Position numbers and translations under genes: made by a program. Positions 1 to 8,771 of a stretch of 48,273 nt of DNA are shown here, piece by piece. Origin of the DNA: Betaproteobacteria bacterium (GTDB lineage Bacteria; Pseudomonadota; Gammaproteobacteria; Burkholderiales; SG8-41). Position 1 is the stretch's first letter; every line of letters begins with the position of its first letter. Under the pieces are notes generated by a model. It was not told the DNA's origin. It worked only from the letters and a program-made list of their open reading frames with translations, and did no database searches. The stretch is from NCBI GenBank assembly GCA_016202615.1, contig JACQOI010000055.1, forward strand, positions 1 through 48,273, written 5' to 3'.

Positions 1-202
1 CTGTCGGACTTAGCATTTCGAACAGGCTGCTAAAGGCAAAACGGGCTGAAAATTCGACGTGAAGTTCCGCAGGAAGGCTCCATTACACGCACCGACGCAA
101 GTTTGCAGGGTTTTGGTGGCCATTGATTAGTACTTTTTGCTGGATCTTGCAGCCCGTTTTGCTTAAGGAGTTTGTCGGACCGCAAGTCCGACAAACTCCT
201 AG
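1..202 (+). repeat. Composite nested-hairpin intergenic element, copy 1 (left arm cut by window edge)
   Basis: Left arm CTGTCGGACTTAGC...ACAGGCTGCTAAAGGCAAAACGGGCTG (1-48). Right arm CAGCCCGTTTTGCTTAAGGAGTTTGTCGGACCGCAAGTCCGACAAACTCCTAG (150-202). Same architecture as 8358-8556, 25867-26066 and 38542-38653. Confidence 0.8.
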
Positions 203-438
203 TGTCCATAGGGTCGGCTCCTTAAAGTTTTTCCGCTGAGCGCGAATCGAACCAAAGCCGACCTCTTGAGCAAGCAAATACGCTTTGCGGGAGGTTGAAA
301 CGGACGGATCGGCTACCCCCGACGCGTTCATAGGATTTGGCCGGTGCCCAAAATGAAGCGAATTTCAACGAACTATTAATGTCCATCGCGCTGCCTTATA
401 CTAGAGTAATAGGCGCATGTAAGGAAAATCGGAAATAA

Positions 439-560
439 TACTTTGAGCTCGTCGCCACGTCATCCACGTGAATATTAACCTGGCGCTCACACTGCCACCG
501 CGCGGCGATTGAAGCGAATCCGCGCCGCACGTAGTAACAAACGCTAGAACCAAAAGGACG
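439..560 (+). repeat. ~122-bp direct repeat, copy 1 (partner at 12997-13120)
   Basis: TACTTTGAGCTCGTCGCCACGTCATCCACGTGAATATTA...GAATCCGCGCCGCACGTAGTA recurs at 12997 with 4 substitutions in the first 98 nt by my count. ACAAACGCTA and CCAAAAG are also shared after small indels. The repeat runs up to the start codon of the FAH gene at 568. Confidence 0.85.
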
Positions 561-567
561 AAGAATA

Positions 568-1434
568 ATGAAATTTGGACGTTTCGCGCAGCAAGGTCAC
601 ACATTTTTCGGCATAGTCGAAAGCGATGAGGTGACGGAACTCGACGACTCCCCATGGGGCAGCTATCAGGTTACGCGCGATCGTCATCAGGTATCCGCGC
701 TCAAATTCATGGTGCCGTGCATACCGCAAAACTTCTATTGCGCCGGCGTTAACTATGCCGCGCATGTCGAATGGGCCAAGCGCAAGGGCTTGGGCGTCAA
801 GATGCCCGATAAAGCCGACGTAGGATACCGCTCGCCGAACGCGCTTATCGCAAACGGAGATCCCATCGTAATTCCCGTTGATTCGGTGGGACCCGTTCAG
901 TTCGAGGGGGAGCTCGTGGCGGTTATCGGCAAAAAGGCTCGAAACCTGACCGAGGCAGACGCGTTGAGCTGCGTGCTTGGCTTGACGCTTGGAAACGATC
1001 TGAGCGAGCGCAACTGGCAGTCGCAGGACCGTACATTGTGGCGCGCAAAGAACTGCGACTCGTTCAAGCCTATGGGCCCCTTCATCGTTACGGGCCTCGA
1101 TCCGATGAAGCTCACGATTTCCATCAAGGTCAACGGGCGGATAGTGTCAAAGTATGATACCGGGAACATGCTGTTTTCATTGCAGCACTATATCTTCCAG
1201 ATCACTCGTTACATGACGCTGTATCCAGGTGACGTGATTTGGCTCGGCACCGACGGCGCGACCGAGCCCGACCTCAAAGAGGGCGACGTGGTCGAGATCT
1301 GCAACGATGAGATCGGAGTGCTGAGCAATCCGGTGGTGCGCGCAAGTGCCGCGCCTGCAAGCGGACTACGGTCCGCACGAGCACCGGCTGATGAAGCGCT
1401 GCCAGGTCATGGCAGATCGAATCTTCGATCCTGA
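568..1434 (+). CDS. Fumarylacetoacetate hydrolase (FAH) family protein
   Basis: 288-aa ORF with typical FAH-fold segments (FEGELVAVIGKKARN, GLTLGNDLSERNWQ, KNCDSFKPMGP, GDVIWLGTDG). The last ~28 aa (Ala/Arg/Ser-rich) look like a non-conserved tail. Confidence 0.8.
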   Translation: MKFGRFAQQGHTFFGIVESDEVTELDDSPWGSYQVTRDRHQVSALKFMVPCIPQNFYCAGVNYAAHVEWAKRKGLGVKMPDKADVGYRSPNALIANGDPIVIPVDSVGPVQFEGELVAVIGKKARNLTEADALSCVLGLTLGNDLSERNWQSQDRTLWRAKNCDSFKPMGPFIVTGLDPMKLTISIKVNGRIVSKYDTGNMLFSLQHYIFQITRYMTLYPGDVIWLGTDGATEPDLKEGDVVEICNDEIGVLSNPVVRASAAPASGLRSARAPADEALPGHGRSNLRS

Positions 1435-1588
1435 ATTTGTGCGCAAATCGCTCGCGGCTTAGCGGCGGCCTTTCCTTCAACGGAGGTGGACGGAGAGCCC
1501 GACGAAGAAAGGATGGTGAGCGGTTTCCAATGCAATTCAACCCTGAGCTCTGACGAGCGCGTGCGCTCGTCTTTACCACAACTCGACT

Positions 1589-3274
1589 ATGCCAACGCGC
1601 ACCTGGAACGGCCGCACCGCATTTCTGCAATTGCTGATCGATGAAGGCATCACGCATCTTTTTGGCAATCCCGGCACGACCGAACTCGCAATCATGGAGG
1701 CCGTGCCGCATTTCCCTGCGCTCAAGTACGTGCTCGGTCTGCAAGAAGCTATCGTCGTGGGGATGGCTGATGGATACGCGCGTGCTTCCAACAAGCTGAC
1801 CGCGTGCAACCTGCATTCGGCGCCCGGCCTGGGCAATGCGATGGGCGCGCTCTACAACGCGAAATTTTCGGGCTCTCCGCTGCTCGTCACTGCCGGTCAA
1901 TACGAGATCGGATACGGCCTGCAGGAACCGATGCTTTATGAATCGTTGACTCAAATTGCCGAGCCGCTGGTCAAGTGGGCGGTCGAGGTGCCGCGTGTCG
2001 ACGATCTGCCGCGCATCATCCATCGCGCGGCGAAAATAGCGCTCGCTCCGCCCACGGGTCCTGTTTTCATGAGCCTGCCCGGCAATATCCTCGATGATGA
2101 GTCGGAGCTCGAGCTTGGCAGCCCCACGCGCGTCGAGACTCGCGTGAGGCCATCGGACGATGTCATAGAGCGCCTCGCGACACGCTTACTCGCAGCACGC
2201 AACCCGGTAATCATTGCGGGGCGCGAGCTCGCGGATCGCGACGCCTTCGCGGAGGCCGAGAAGCTCGTTGAATCGCTCGGCGCGGCAGTTTATCAAGAGC
2301 CTGTTCCATACAACGCCCGATTCCCCTCCGATCATCCTGCCCACATGGGCGATCTGACGCGCAATCAGCAAAAAGTGCGGGCCACTCTCGCAGAATTCGA
2401 TCTCGTGATTTGTCTCGGCGCCGACTTGCTCCGGATGTCGCCGTATAGCCCGACCGATCCGCTTCCTAACGGTATGTCGGTGATCCATATCACCGAAAGA
2501 GACTGGGAACTCGGCAAGAATTATCCCACGGAATTTGCGATTCGTGCCGACGCAAAGGAAACCTTGCGTGCGGTGTTGACCGCGTTGCGGGCCAAGCGTA
2601 CCGATCAATATGCGGCCCAAGCGAGACAGCGGCTTAGCGCACTGATCGCGCGTAACTGGTCGGCTCAACGGGAAAAGGCACGCAACGAGACACTCCTCAC
2701 GGCTCAAACAACTCCGATCGATCCGCGTTTTCTGATGATGTGTCTCGCCGATTCCTTGCCAGAGGACGTGATCGTAGTCGAGGAAGCGTTGACTGCGGCT
2801 CCAGCTCTGTCGGCTTTTCTGCCAATGCGTGACGCAAAGAGTTTCTACGGCTTGGCGAGCGGAGGTCTCGGATTCGCTTTGCCGGGCGCGATAGGCGTGA
2901 GTCTCGCTCGGCCGGGCCGTCCTGTCGTGGCGGCGATTGGCGACGGCAGTGCGATGTACAGTGTGCAAGCGCTGTGGAGCGCCGCGCATCTCATGCTGCC
3001 TGTCACCTACGTAATAATCAATAATCGCAGCTATCGCATTATCAAAGAACGCCTGGTGTCGATGCGCAACACGGATCGATTCGTCGCAATGGACATGAAT
3101 GACCCTGCAATTGACTTTGTCTCTGTAGCTCGAGGATTGGGGATGGCGGCCCGGCGCGTGAGCGAGCCTGGCGATGTCAACACCGCGCTGCGCGAGGCGA
3201 TCCAAAGCGGCGCCCCGAACCTGGTCGAGGTGATCGTCGCCGATGGGTTCGAAAACAGCCGACGCAGCGCTTGA
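1589..3274 (+). CDS. Thiamine-diphosphate-dependent enzyme, benzoylformate decarboxylase-like
   Basis: 561-aa ORF. The N-terminal FGNPGTTEL...GMADGYARAS...NLHSAPGLGNAMGAL is collinear with my recollection of Pseudomonas putida MdlC. The ThDP-binding motif IGDGSAMYS...NN is near the C-terminus. Confidence 0.8.
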   Translation: MPTRTWNGRTAFLQLLIDEGITHLFGNPGTTELAIMEAVPHFPALKYVLGLQEAIVVGMADGYARASNKLTACNLHSAPGLGNAMGALYNAKFSGSPLLVTAGQYEIGYGLQEPMLYESLTQIAEPLVKWAVEVPRVDDLPRIIHRAAKIALAPPTGPVFMSLPGNILDDESELELGSPTRVETRVRPSDDVIERLATRLLAARNPVIIAGRELADRDAFAEAEKLVESLGAAVYQEPVPYNARFPSDHPAHMGDLTRNQQKVRATLAEFDLVICLGADLLRMSPYSPTDPLPNGMSVIHITERDWELGKNYPTEFAIRADAKETLRAVLTALRAKRTDQYAAQARQRLSALIARNWSAQREKARNETLLTAQTTPIDPRFLMMCLADSLPEDVIVVEEALTAAPALSAFLPMRDAKSFYGLASGGLGFALPGAIGVSLARPGRPVVAAIGDGSAMYSVQALWSAAHLMLPVTYVIINNRSYRIIKERLVSMRNTDRFVAMDMNDPAIDFVSVARGLGMAARRVSEPGDVNTALREAIQSGAPNLVEVIVADGFENSRRSA

Positions 3275-3476
3275 GGCTTTCTTGACGTTGGTCGGCAGGG
3301 AATGATATAACGCGCCTGAGCTCGTCACCTTTTAGTCAACGAACGTTGAAAGAGCTGATCGCATTTTCGAAGACCGTGGCCGGCGGCGTGAGCTTCAGCT
3401 CGGGGGCGCCGGCAACTCGAATCACCTCGCGGGTGAAATGCTGCGGGTCAGGACCGGAGTGAAGGTCGACTGAGCG

Positions 3477-4499
3477 ATGAAGCTCGGCACATTCGCAGTC
3501 AAGACTTCCGTCGGAGAATTCCGCCGCATCGGAGTGGCGACCGCAGCCGGTGTCGTCGACGCTACGGCGGCACGAGTCGCGCTGCTCGAAAAGTCGATGC
3601 CTGCAAGCACCGCGCACCGCGTGGGGGCGGCCCAGGTGCCGCCCGATATGATCGGGCTGCTCGGCGCCGGGCGCATCGCGGTGGAATGGATCGCCGAGGC
3701 CGTCGATGCCGTTGTGGCGAGCGGCGAATCGGCGACGTCCAACGGCCAGACGATCGTGTATCGTGAAGCGGAAATCAAGCTGCTCGCGCCGGTTCCGCGG
3801 CCGCCGGGAATCGCGAACTTCAGCGTCTGGCCCACGCATACCACGAGCGCTGCGGAGAAAGGGTTCGACCTTAAGCCCGCTGAAGAGGCGAGCGGAGTGA
3901 AGCCCTATTGGAAGGGCAATCCCGATACGTTCGTGGGTCCCGGAGCGGTCCTCGAGTTTCCCCCGTATGCCGATGAGCTCGATGTCGAGTGCGAGCTCGT
4001 TTGCATCGTCGGCACCGGCGGCCGCAACCTCGACTGCGCCGCGGCCGAACAAGCGATCGCCGGTTATACGATCGTGAACGACGTCAGCGCGCGCGATATC
4101 CAGCGCATCGAAATGAAGACGGGGCGTGGCCCCGCGAAGGGCAAGGATTTCGATACCGGCAACGTCATGGGGCCGTGGCTGGTCACGCCCGATGAAGTGG
4201 GCGACGTGCGGACGGTCCGCCTCTCGCTGCACGTAAACGGCAAGGAGCTGTCGTCCTCCGATGCGAGCGGCATCCTTTGGGATTTTCCCGAGATGCTCTC
4301 GTACCTCTCGCTCGGGCAGACAATCCACCCGGGCCATGTGATCAGCGCGGGCTGTTATGCAGGCGGCTCGGGGCTTGACCTCAATTACAAGTTCCAGGCG
4401 GGCGATCTCGTCGAGCTGCGCATCTCCAGGATCGGCTCGCTCGTGAACCGGATCGGCGTGCCCGCGCGAGCGCAGCGCGTGACGGTAGCGAAATCATGA
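3477..4499 (+). CDS. Fumarylacetoacetate hydrolase (FAH) family protein
   Basis: 340-aa ORF with FAH C-terminal domain motifs (ECELVCIVG, GYTIVNDVSARD, KGKDFDTGNVMGPW, PGHVISAG). Its stop overlaps the next start codon (ATGA at 4496-4499). Confidence 0.8.
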   Translation: MKLGTFAVKTSVGEFRRIGVATAAGVVDATAARVALLEKSMPASTAHRVGAAQVPPDMIGLLGAGRIAVEWIAEAVDAVVASGESATSNGQTIVYREAEIKLLAPVPRPPGIANFSVWPTHTTSAAEKGFDLKPAEEASGVKPYWKGNPDTFVGPGAVLEFPPYADELDVECELVCIVGTGGRNLDCAAAEQAIAGYTIVNDVSARDIQRIEMKTGRGPAKGKDFDTGNVMGPWLVTPDEVGDVRTVRLSLHVNGKELSSSDASGILWDFPEMLSYLSLGQTIHPGHVISAGCYAGGSGLDLNYKFQAGDLVELRISRIGSLVNRIGVPARAQRVTVAKS

Positions 4500-5698
4500 G
4501 CGCGCTGGCTCGCTGCCTCAATCTCGCAGATGTGCGCGAGCACGCGCGCCGGCGTCTGCCCAAAGGAATTTTTGAGTTTATCGATCGCGGCGCGGAGGAC
4601 GACGAAGCGCTCGCGCACAATCGCGAGGCGTTCCGGCGCATAAAGCTCAAGCCAAAGGTATTGATCGACGTGTCCTCGCGTTCCGCGGAGACGGCGCTGT
4701 TCGGTCGCGCTCACGCCATGCCGATCGCAATCGCACCCACTGGAGCTGCGGGGCTCGTCTGGTACGAAGGCGAATTGGAGCTCGCGCGCGCGGCCGCAGC
4801 TGCGAGAATCCCGTTCACTTTGGCGACGCGCTCGATGACCTCCCTCGAGGACATCGCCGCCAAGGCTGGCGGTACGCTGTGGTTTCAGCTCTACGTTTGG
4901 GCGGAGCGTAAGCTTTCGTTCAAGCTGGTCGAGCGCGCGAATGCGGCAGGTTTCGAAGTGTTGATCGTCACGGTCGACGTGCCTGTCGCGCCCAATCGCG
5001 AGTACAACGGGCGTAACGGGTTCTCGCTGCCCTTTAATCCGACCGTCCGCGCGCTGCTCGACATGCTCGCCCATCCTCATTGGCTGCTCAACGTAATGAG
5101 CCGCTATCTCCTGACTACCGGGATGCCACGCTACGAGAACATGCCTGGCGAGCACAGGGAGCGCATCACCCAGGGCGGCAAACCTCTGACTTCGCTGCGC
5201 GGCGACAATATCATGTGGGACGATATTCAAGAGCTGCGCCGGCGCTGGCCGCGTACCCTGATCGTGAAAGGCATCCTGCGCGCCGAGGACGCAGTTCGTG
5301 CAGTCGCGTGCGGGGCCGATGGAGTCGTGGTCTCGAATCACGGTGGGCGCTGTCTCGACAGCGCCGTCGCGCCGATCGACGTGCTGCCGGAGATCGTCGA
5401 TGCCGTGTCGCCTCGCGCTACCGTGCTATTGGATAGCGGCGTACGCCGGGGTGGCGACATCGTAAAAGCGCTGGCGCTGGGCGCGTCCGCGGTGCTGAGC
5501 GGACGGCCATGTTTATACGGAATGGCGCTTGCCGGTAAGATGGGGGCACAACATGTGCTCGAACTGCTCCGGCAGGAGCTCCTCACGGCTATGGGCCAGG
5601 TCGGATGCCCGACCGTCGCGGATCTCGGGCCGGAAATTGTCGACGGCGCGGCGGCGAAAGCGGCCCGAAGCGCCGAGCAGGTACGGGCATTTGCCTGA
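4496..5698 (+). CDS. FMN-dependent alpha-hydroxy-acid dehydrogenase/oxidase (LldD / mandelate dehydrogenase family)
   Basis: 400-aa ORF with family-typical segments (MPIAIAPTG, WFQLYV, LIVTVDVPVAPNRE, GADGVVVSNHGGR, DSGVRRGGDIVKALALGA). Translationally coupled to the upstream FAH gene. Confidence 0.85.
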   Translation: MSALARCLNLADVREHARRRLPKGIFEFIDRGAEDDEALAHNREAFRRIKLKPKVLIDVSSRSAETALFGRAHAMPIAIAPTGAAGLVWYEGELELARAAAAARIPFTLATRSMTSLEDIAAKAGGTLWFQLYVWAERKLSFKLVERANAAGFEVLIVTVDVPVAPNREYNGRNGFSLPFNPTVRALLDMLAHPHWLLNVMSRYLLTTGMPRYENMPGEHRERITQGGKPLTSLRGDNIMWDDIQELRRRWPRTLIVKGILRAEDAVRAVACGADGVVVSNHGGRCLDSAVAPIDVLPEIVDAVSPRATVLLDSGVRRGGDIVKALALGASAVLSGRPCLYGMALAGKMGAQHVLELLRQELLTAMGQVGCPTVADLGPEIVDGAAAKAARSAEQVRAFA

Positions 5699-5892
5699 TC
5701 ATCGAAAATCAAATTGCGTGGAAATAAAGCGTTGGTGAAAATAGAGCCCAGCGGCGAAACTCCGGGTGCCACGGTGACGGGCGTGGATTTGAGGAAGCCG
5801 CTATCAAGCGCGGATTTCGCCGTCATGCCCCGCAGCCTCGGCAAGCAACATTGTGCAGTCAAACGTGAGTAAGTACCAACCGAGGAATTAAC

Positions 5893-6894
5893 ATGAGAAA
5901 CAAAAAGCAGCGGGTTCATTTATTTCTGGCGGGTGCAATTTTGAGCATTGCTGCGCCGGTGGCCTTGACGCAAACCGCCACCATAAGCGCGGCGCAAGCT
6001 TATCCGAGCAAACCGATCCGGCTGATTGTGCCTTATCCACCTGGTGGCGGCGCAGACATTCTCGCGCGCGCACTTGGGCAGAAACTCACCGAAACCTTCG
6101 GGCAGTCGGTGGTGGTGGACAATCGGGCGGGTGCAACCGGTATTGTGGGTACCGATATCGTTGCGAAAGCAGCGCCTGACGGGTACACACTGATCATGAT
6201 TACGAGCGACCAAACGATCGTCTCGAGCCTTTATGCCAAGCTGCCCTACGATCTGGTGGAGGATTTCGCGCCGGCGACCTTGGCGACTTCGCAGCCGTAC
6301 ATCATGGGCGTCCATCCTTCCGTAGCGGCAAAATCGGTCAAGGAGTTCATCGCCCTGGCCAAATCGAAGCCTGGCCAGTTAAATTACGCCTCGGGCGGAA
6401 ACGGGGGTACGCCCCATCTTGCCGTGGAGCAACTCAAGACTATGGCCGGGATCAACATGGTGCACGTGCCGTACAAGGGCGGAGGCCCCGCCCTTCTGGC
6501 GCTGATCTCGGGCGAGGTCGCGATGCTGTTCAGCAGCCTGCCTTCGACGCTGCCTCAAGTCAAAGCCGCCAAAGTCAGGGCGCTCGCGGTGAGCAGCGCG
6601 AAGCGCTCGCCCGCAGTGCCGGAACTGCCGACGGTGGCCGAATCCGGTGTGCCCGGATTTGCAGTCACCAGCTGGTATGGCATCCTGGCGCCCGCGAAAA
6701 CGCCAAAGCCGATCATTGCCAGACTCCACGCTGAAATCGTCAAGGAGCTGAATACACGGGAGTTTAGAGCGCGGCTTGCGAACGATGGAACCGACGTCGT
6801 GGGCAGCACGCCGCAAGCATTTGCCGATTTCATGAAGGCTGATATTGCCAAATGGGTCAAAGTGATCAAGGCGTCAGGCGTGCGTATGGATTGA
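5893..6894 (+). CDS. Bug family (TctC-like) tripartite tricarboxylate transporter substrate-binding protein
   Basis: 333-aa ORF with a signal peptide, then YPSKPIRLIVPYPPGGGADILAR, VDNRAGA, YKGGGPA and KWVKVIK. A GAGGAA RBS precedes the ATG. Confidence 0.9.
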   Translation: MRNKKQRVHLFLAGAILSIAAPVALTQTATISAAQAYPSKPIRLIVPYPPGGGADILARALGQKLTETFGQSVVVDNRAGATGIVGTDIVAKAAPDGYTLIMITSDQTIVSSLYAKLPYDLVEDFAPATLATSQPYIMGVHPSVAAKSVKEFIALAKSKPGQLNYASGGNGGTPHLAVEQLKTMAGINMVHVPYKGGGPALLALISGEVAMLFSSLPSTLPQVKAAKVRALAVSSAKRSPAVPELPTVAESGVPGFAVTSWYGILAPAKTPKPIIARLHAEIVKELNTREFRARLANDGTDVVGSTPQAFADFMKADIAKWVKVIKASGVRMD

Positions 6895-6939
6895 TAACTT
6901 TTGTTTCAATCGCGATTCATACAGACTGGGAGAATGGTA

Positions 6940-8325
6940 ATGGACGTTACCTCTCAACTCGGCACCTTTGCGGCGGGGCTCACTTATGCCGATCTTCCGC
7001 CCGACGTTCGGGAGCGGTGTCGGATGTCCTTTCTGGATGCGATCGGAATCATGCTCGGCGCTGCCGATTTCGCGAAACGTGACGGCGACCGGTGCCTCGA
7101 GACCTACCTTGAGGGGATGGCGCCGCCGGGCAAAGCGACGGTCCTCGGCTATGGTATCCGGACGACCCCGCTGATGGCGGCCTTCGCCAATGGCACCCTG
7201 ATGGAGGCGCTCGACTGCCAGGACAGCAACATGAAGGCCCTCATGCATAGCGGCAGCTCGGTCATTCCAACGGCGCTGGTGCTCGCAGAGACAAATCCCA
7301 TCACTTGGGCCGACCTCGTTCCCGCCATCATTGCCGGCTACGAGGTCCACACCCGGCTGATGTTGGCTGTTCAGCCGGGGCACTGGTACAAGGGCTTTCA
7401 GGGAACCGGCACCTTCGGCACCTGTGCGGCTGCGACGACCGCCGGCCGGCTGCTGGGTTTCGACGCCCGGCAGATGACCGCCGCGCTCGGGATCTCGGGC
7501 TTCATCATGCCGGTCTCGAACGGAGACAACCAATTCAAGGGTTACAACGTCAAGCCGGTCCACGGCGGCCAAGCCGCCATGTGCGGCCTGTCATCGGCCT
7601 ACATGGCGCAGGCCGGCTACCGTGCCGGCCCTCTGGAGGGAGAACCGCCGCGCCATCACGCGGCCCTCCACATCCTCAGCGATGGTCCCAACCTCGAGCG
7701 GACGCTCGCCGGCCTCAACGAAACTTGGCATACCCGAGACGTGGCTTACAAACCCTACCCGATCGGCCACTTTATCGTCGGGGTGATCGAACTGATCCTG
7801 GACATTCTTGCCGAACGGCGGATCAAGCCGGACGAAGTCGCTTCTGTCGAAGTCACGACCTACAAGGATGCGGTGACATCCACCGGCAAAAAGTACACGA
7901 CCACGCAGAGCAACCACGTTGATGCCCATCTGTCGATCCCCTATTGCGTCGCGGTCACCCTTGCGGATGGGCAAATGACGTCACGCCAGCTCCTCAAGGA
8001 CCGTCTAAGGGATCCGAAGCTGCACGAGCTGGCCTCACGGGTGATTGTGTCCGAAGATCCGACCATGACCAAGGCCTACCCGAATGAATGGCCGGCCAGG
8101 ATCGTCATCCGGCTGCACGGCGACGGATCCATCGAGCGGCAGATCGACAAGGTCAAGTGGTCGCCCCACCGGACCCCGACCTGGGCCGAGCTATCCGAGA
8201 AGTTTCATCTGATGGCCGACCCGATCATCGGCCCCGATCGCGCCACCCGCGCTATCGAAAACGTCGCCAAGCTGAAGGAAGGCAGTACCTTGGCATCCTT
8301 GATAATGACGCTGACGAAGAAATAA
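6940..8325 (+). CDS. MmgE/PrpD family protein (2-methylcitrate dehydratase-like)
   Basis: The ORF track gives 6901-8325 (TTG start). An ATG at 6940 sits about 7 nt after GGGAGA. N-terminal LGTFAAGLTYADLPPDV and the overall length are typical of the MmgE/PrpD fold. Confidence 0.8.
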   Translation: MDVTSQLGTFAAGLTYADLPPDVRERCRMSFLDAIGIMLGAADFAKRDGDRCLETYLEGMAPPGKATVLGYGIRTTPLMAAFANGTLMEALDCQDSNMKALMHSGSSVIPTALVLAETNPITWADLVPAIIAGYEVHTRLMLAVQPGHWYKGFQGTGTFGTCAAATTAGRLLGFDARQMTAALGISGFIMPVSNGDNQFKGYNVKPVHGGQAAMCGLSSAYMAQAGYRAGPLEGEPPRHHAALHILSDGPNLERTLAGLNETWHTRDVAYKPYPIGHFIVGVIELILDILAERRIKPDEVASVEVTTYKDAVTSTGKKYTTTQSNHVDAHLSIPYCVAVTLADGQMTSRQLLKDRLRDPKLHELASRVIVSEDPTMTKAYPNEWPARIVIRLHGDGSIERQIDKVKWSPHRTPTWAELSEKFHLMADPIIGPDRATRAIENVAKLKEGSTLASLIMTLTKK

Positions 8326-8357
8326 GCGAAGCGATGAGGATCGCAACTGAGTTTTCT

Positions 8358-8556
8358 AGCAGCCTGTCGGACTTAACAGTCCGTACAGGCTGCTAAAAGC
8401 AAAACCGGCTGACCATTCATAATAAACTTACTCGAAACGGTCAAATTTGGGGAAAAGCGCCGGCAAATTCGCATATCTGTTATCCTTTTCTGCAATTCTA
8501 CTGGCCCCGGTTTTGCATTAGGAGTTTGTCGGGGCTAAGTCCGACAAACTCCTAGG
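8358..8556 (+). repeat. Composite nested-hairpin intergenic element, copy 2 (full length)
   Basis: Hairpin A is AGCAGCCTGTCGGACT-TAAC-AGTCCG(T)ACAGGCTGCT followed by AAAAGCAAAACCGGCTG. A ~100-nt spacer follows. Then CCCCGGTTTTGCATT and hairpin B, AGGAGTTTGTCGG-GGCTAAGT-CCGACAAACTCCT. Confidence 0.9.
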
Positions 8557-8648
8557 ATGGCTTGAATCGAATAGGGCCGGTCGGGCCTACGATGATGACC
8601 GGCTGGATGCTGAGCTCGCTGCATAATCCATTTTGAGACACGCTCTGC

Positions 8649-8678
8649 TTGACAATAAATCGGAACTGGGGATAGAGT
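8649..8678 (+). promoter_or_regulatory. Possible sigma70-type promoter for the Bug gene at 8772
   Basis: Perfect TTGACA (8649-8654), an 18-nt spacer, then TAGAGT (8673-8678), about 95 nt upstream of the ATG. Sequence match only. Confidence 0.25.
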
Positions 8679-8771
8679 CGAATCGACGAAGTACGCGCAA
8701 CAGAGGTCGGAGGTCGCCTTGGAGGACGAGAGGAATCTGATGCAACTGGAATCAGAACTGGGGGACCAGAC

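Noticed and set aside
216-290. A tRNA-like GGTTCGATTC string on the minus strand around 245-262, and an 8-bp inverted repeat GGTCGGCT/AGCCGACC.
   Set aside because: The flanks of the TTCGATT loop do not pair as a T-stem. I could not draw an acceptor or anticodon arm, so this is not a tRNA.
83-331. An 82-aa minus-strand ORF at the left end of the window.
   Set aside because: It overlaps the hairpin repeat element and has no RBS, motif or paralogue. It is most likely spurious.
1340-1434. The Ala/Arg/Ser-rich 28-aa C-terminal tail of the first FAH protein as a sign of a frameshift or lost stop.
   Set aside because: No alternative frame continues FAH homology and the core domain is complete. 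It is probably a harmless extension, and I cannot test it without homologue alignment.
2186-5341. Long ORFs antisense to the ThDP, FAH and FMN-dehydrogenase genes (2186-3328, 3336-4337, 4385-5341). Similar ORFs occur elsewhere: 11396-12694, 34679-36514, 40012-41079, 44348-45544 and 47163-48041.
   Set aside because: These are typical shadow ORFs of GC-rich DNA. Their translations are Arg/Ala/Gly/Pro-rich and low in complexity, with no recognisable motifs. Each fully overlaps a well-supported gene on the other strand.
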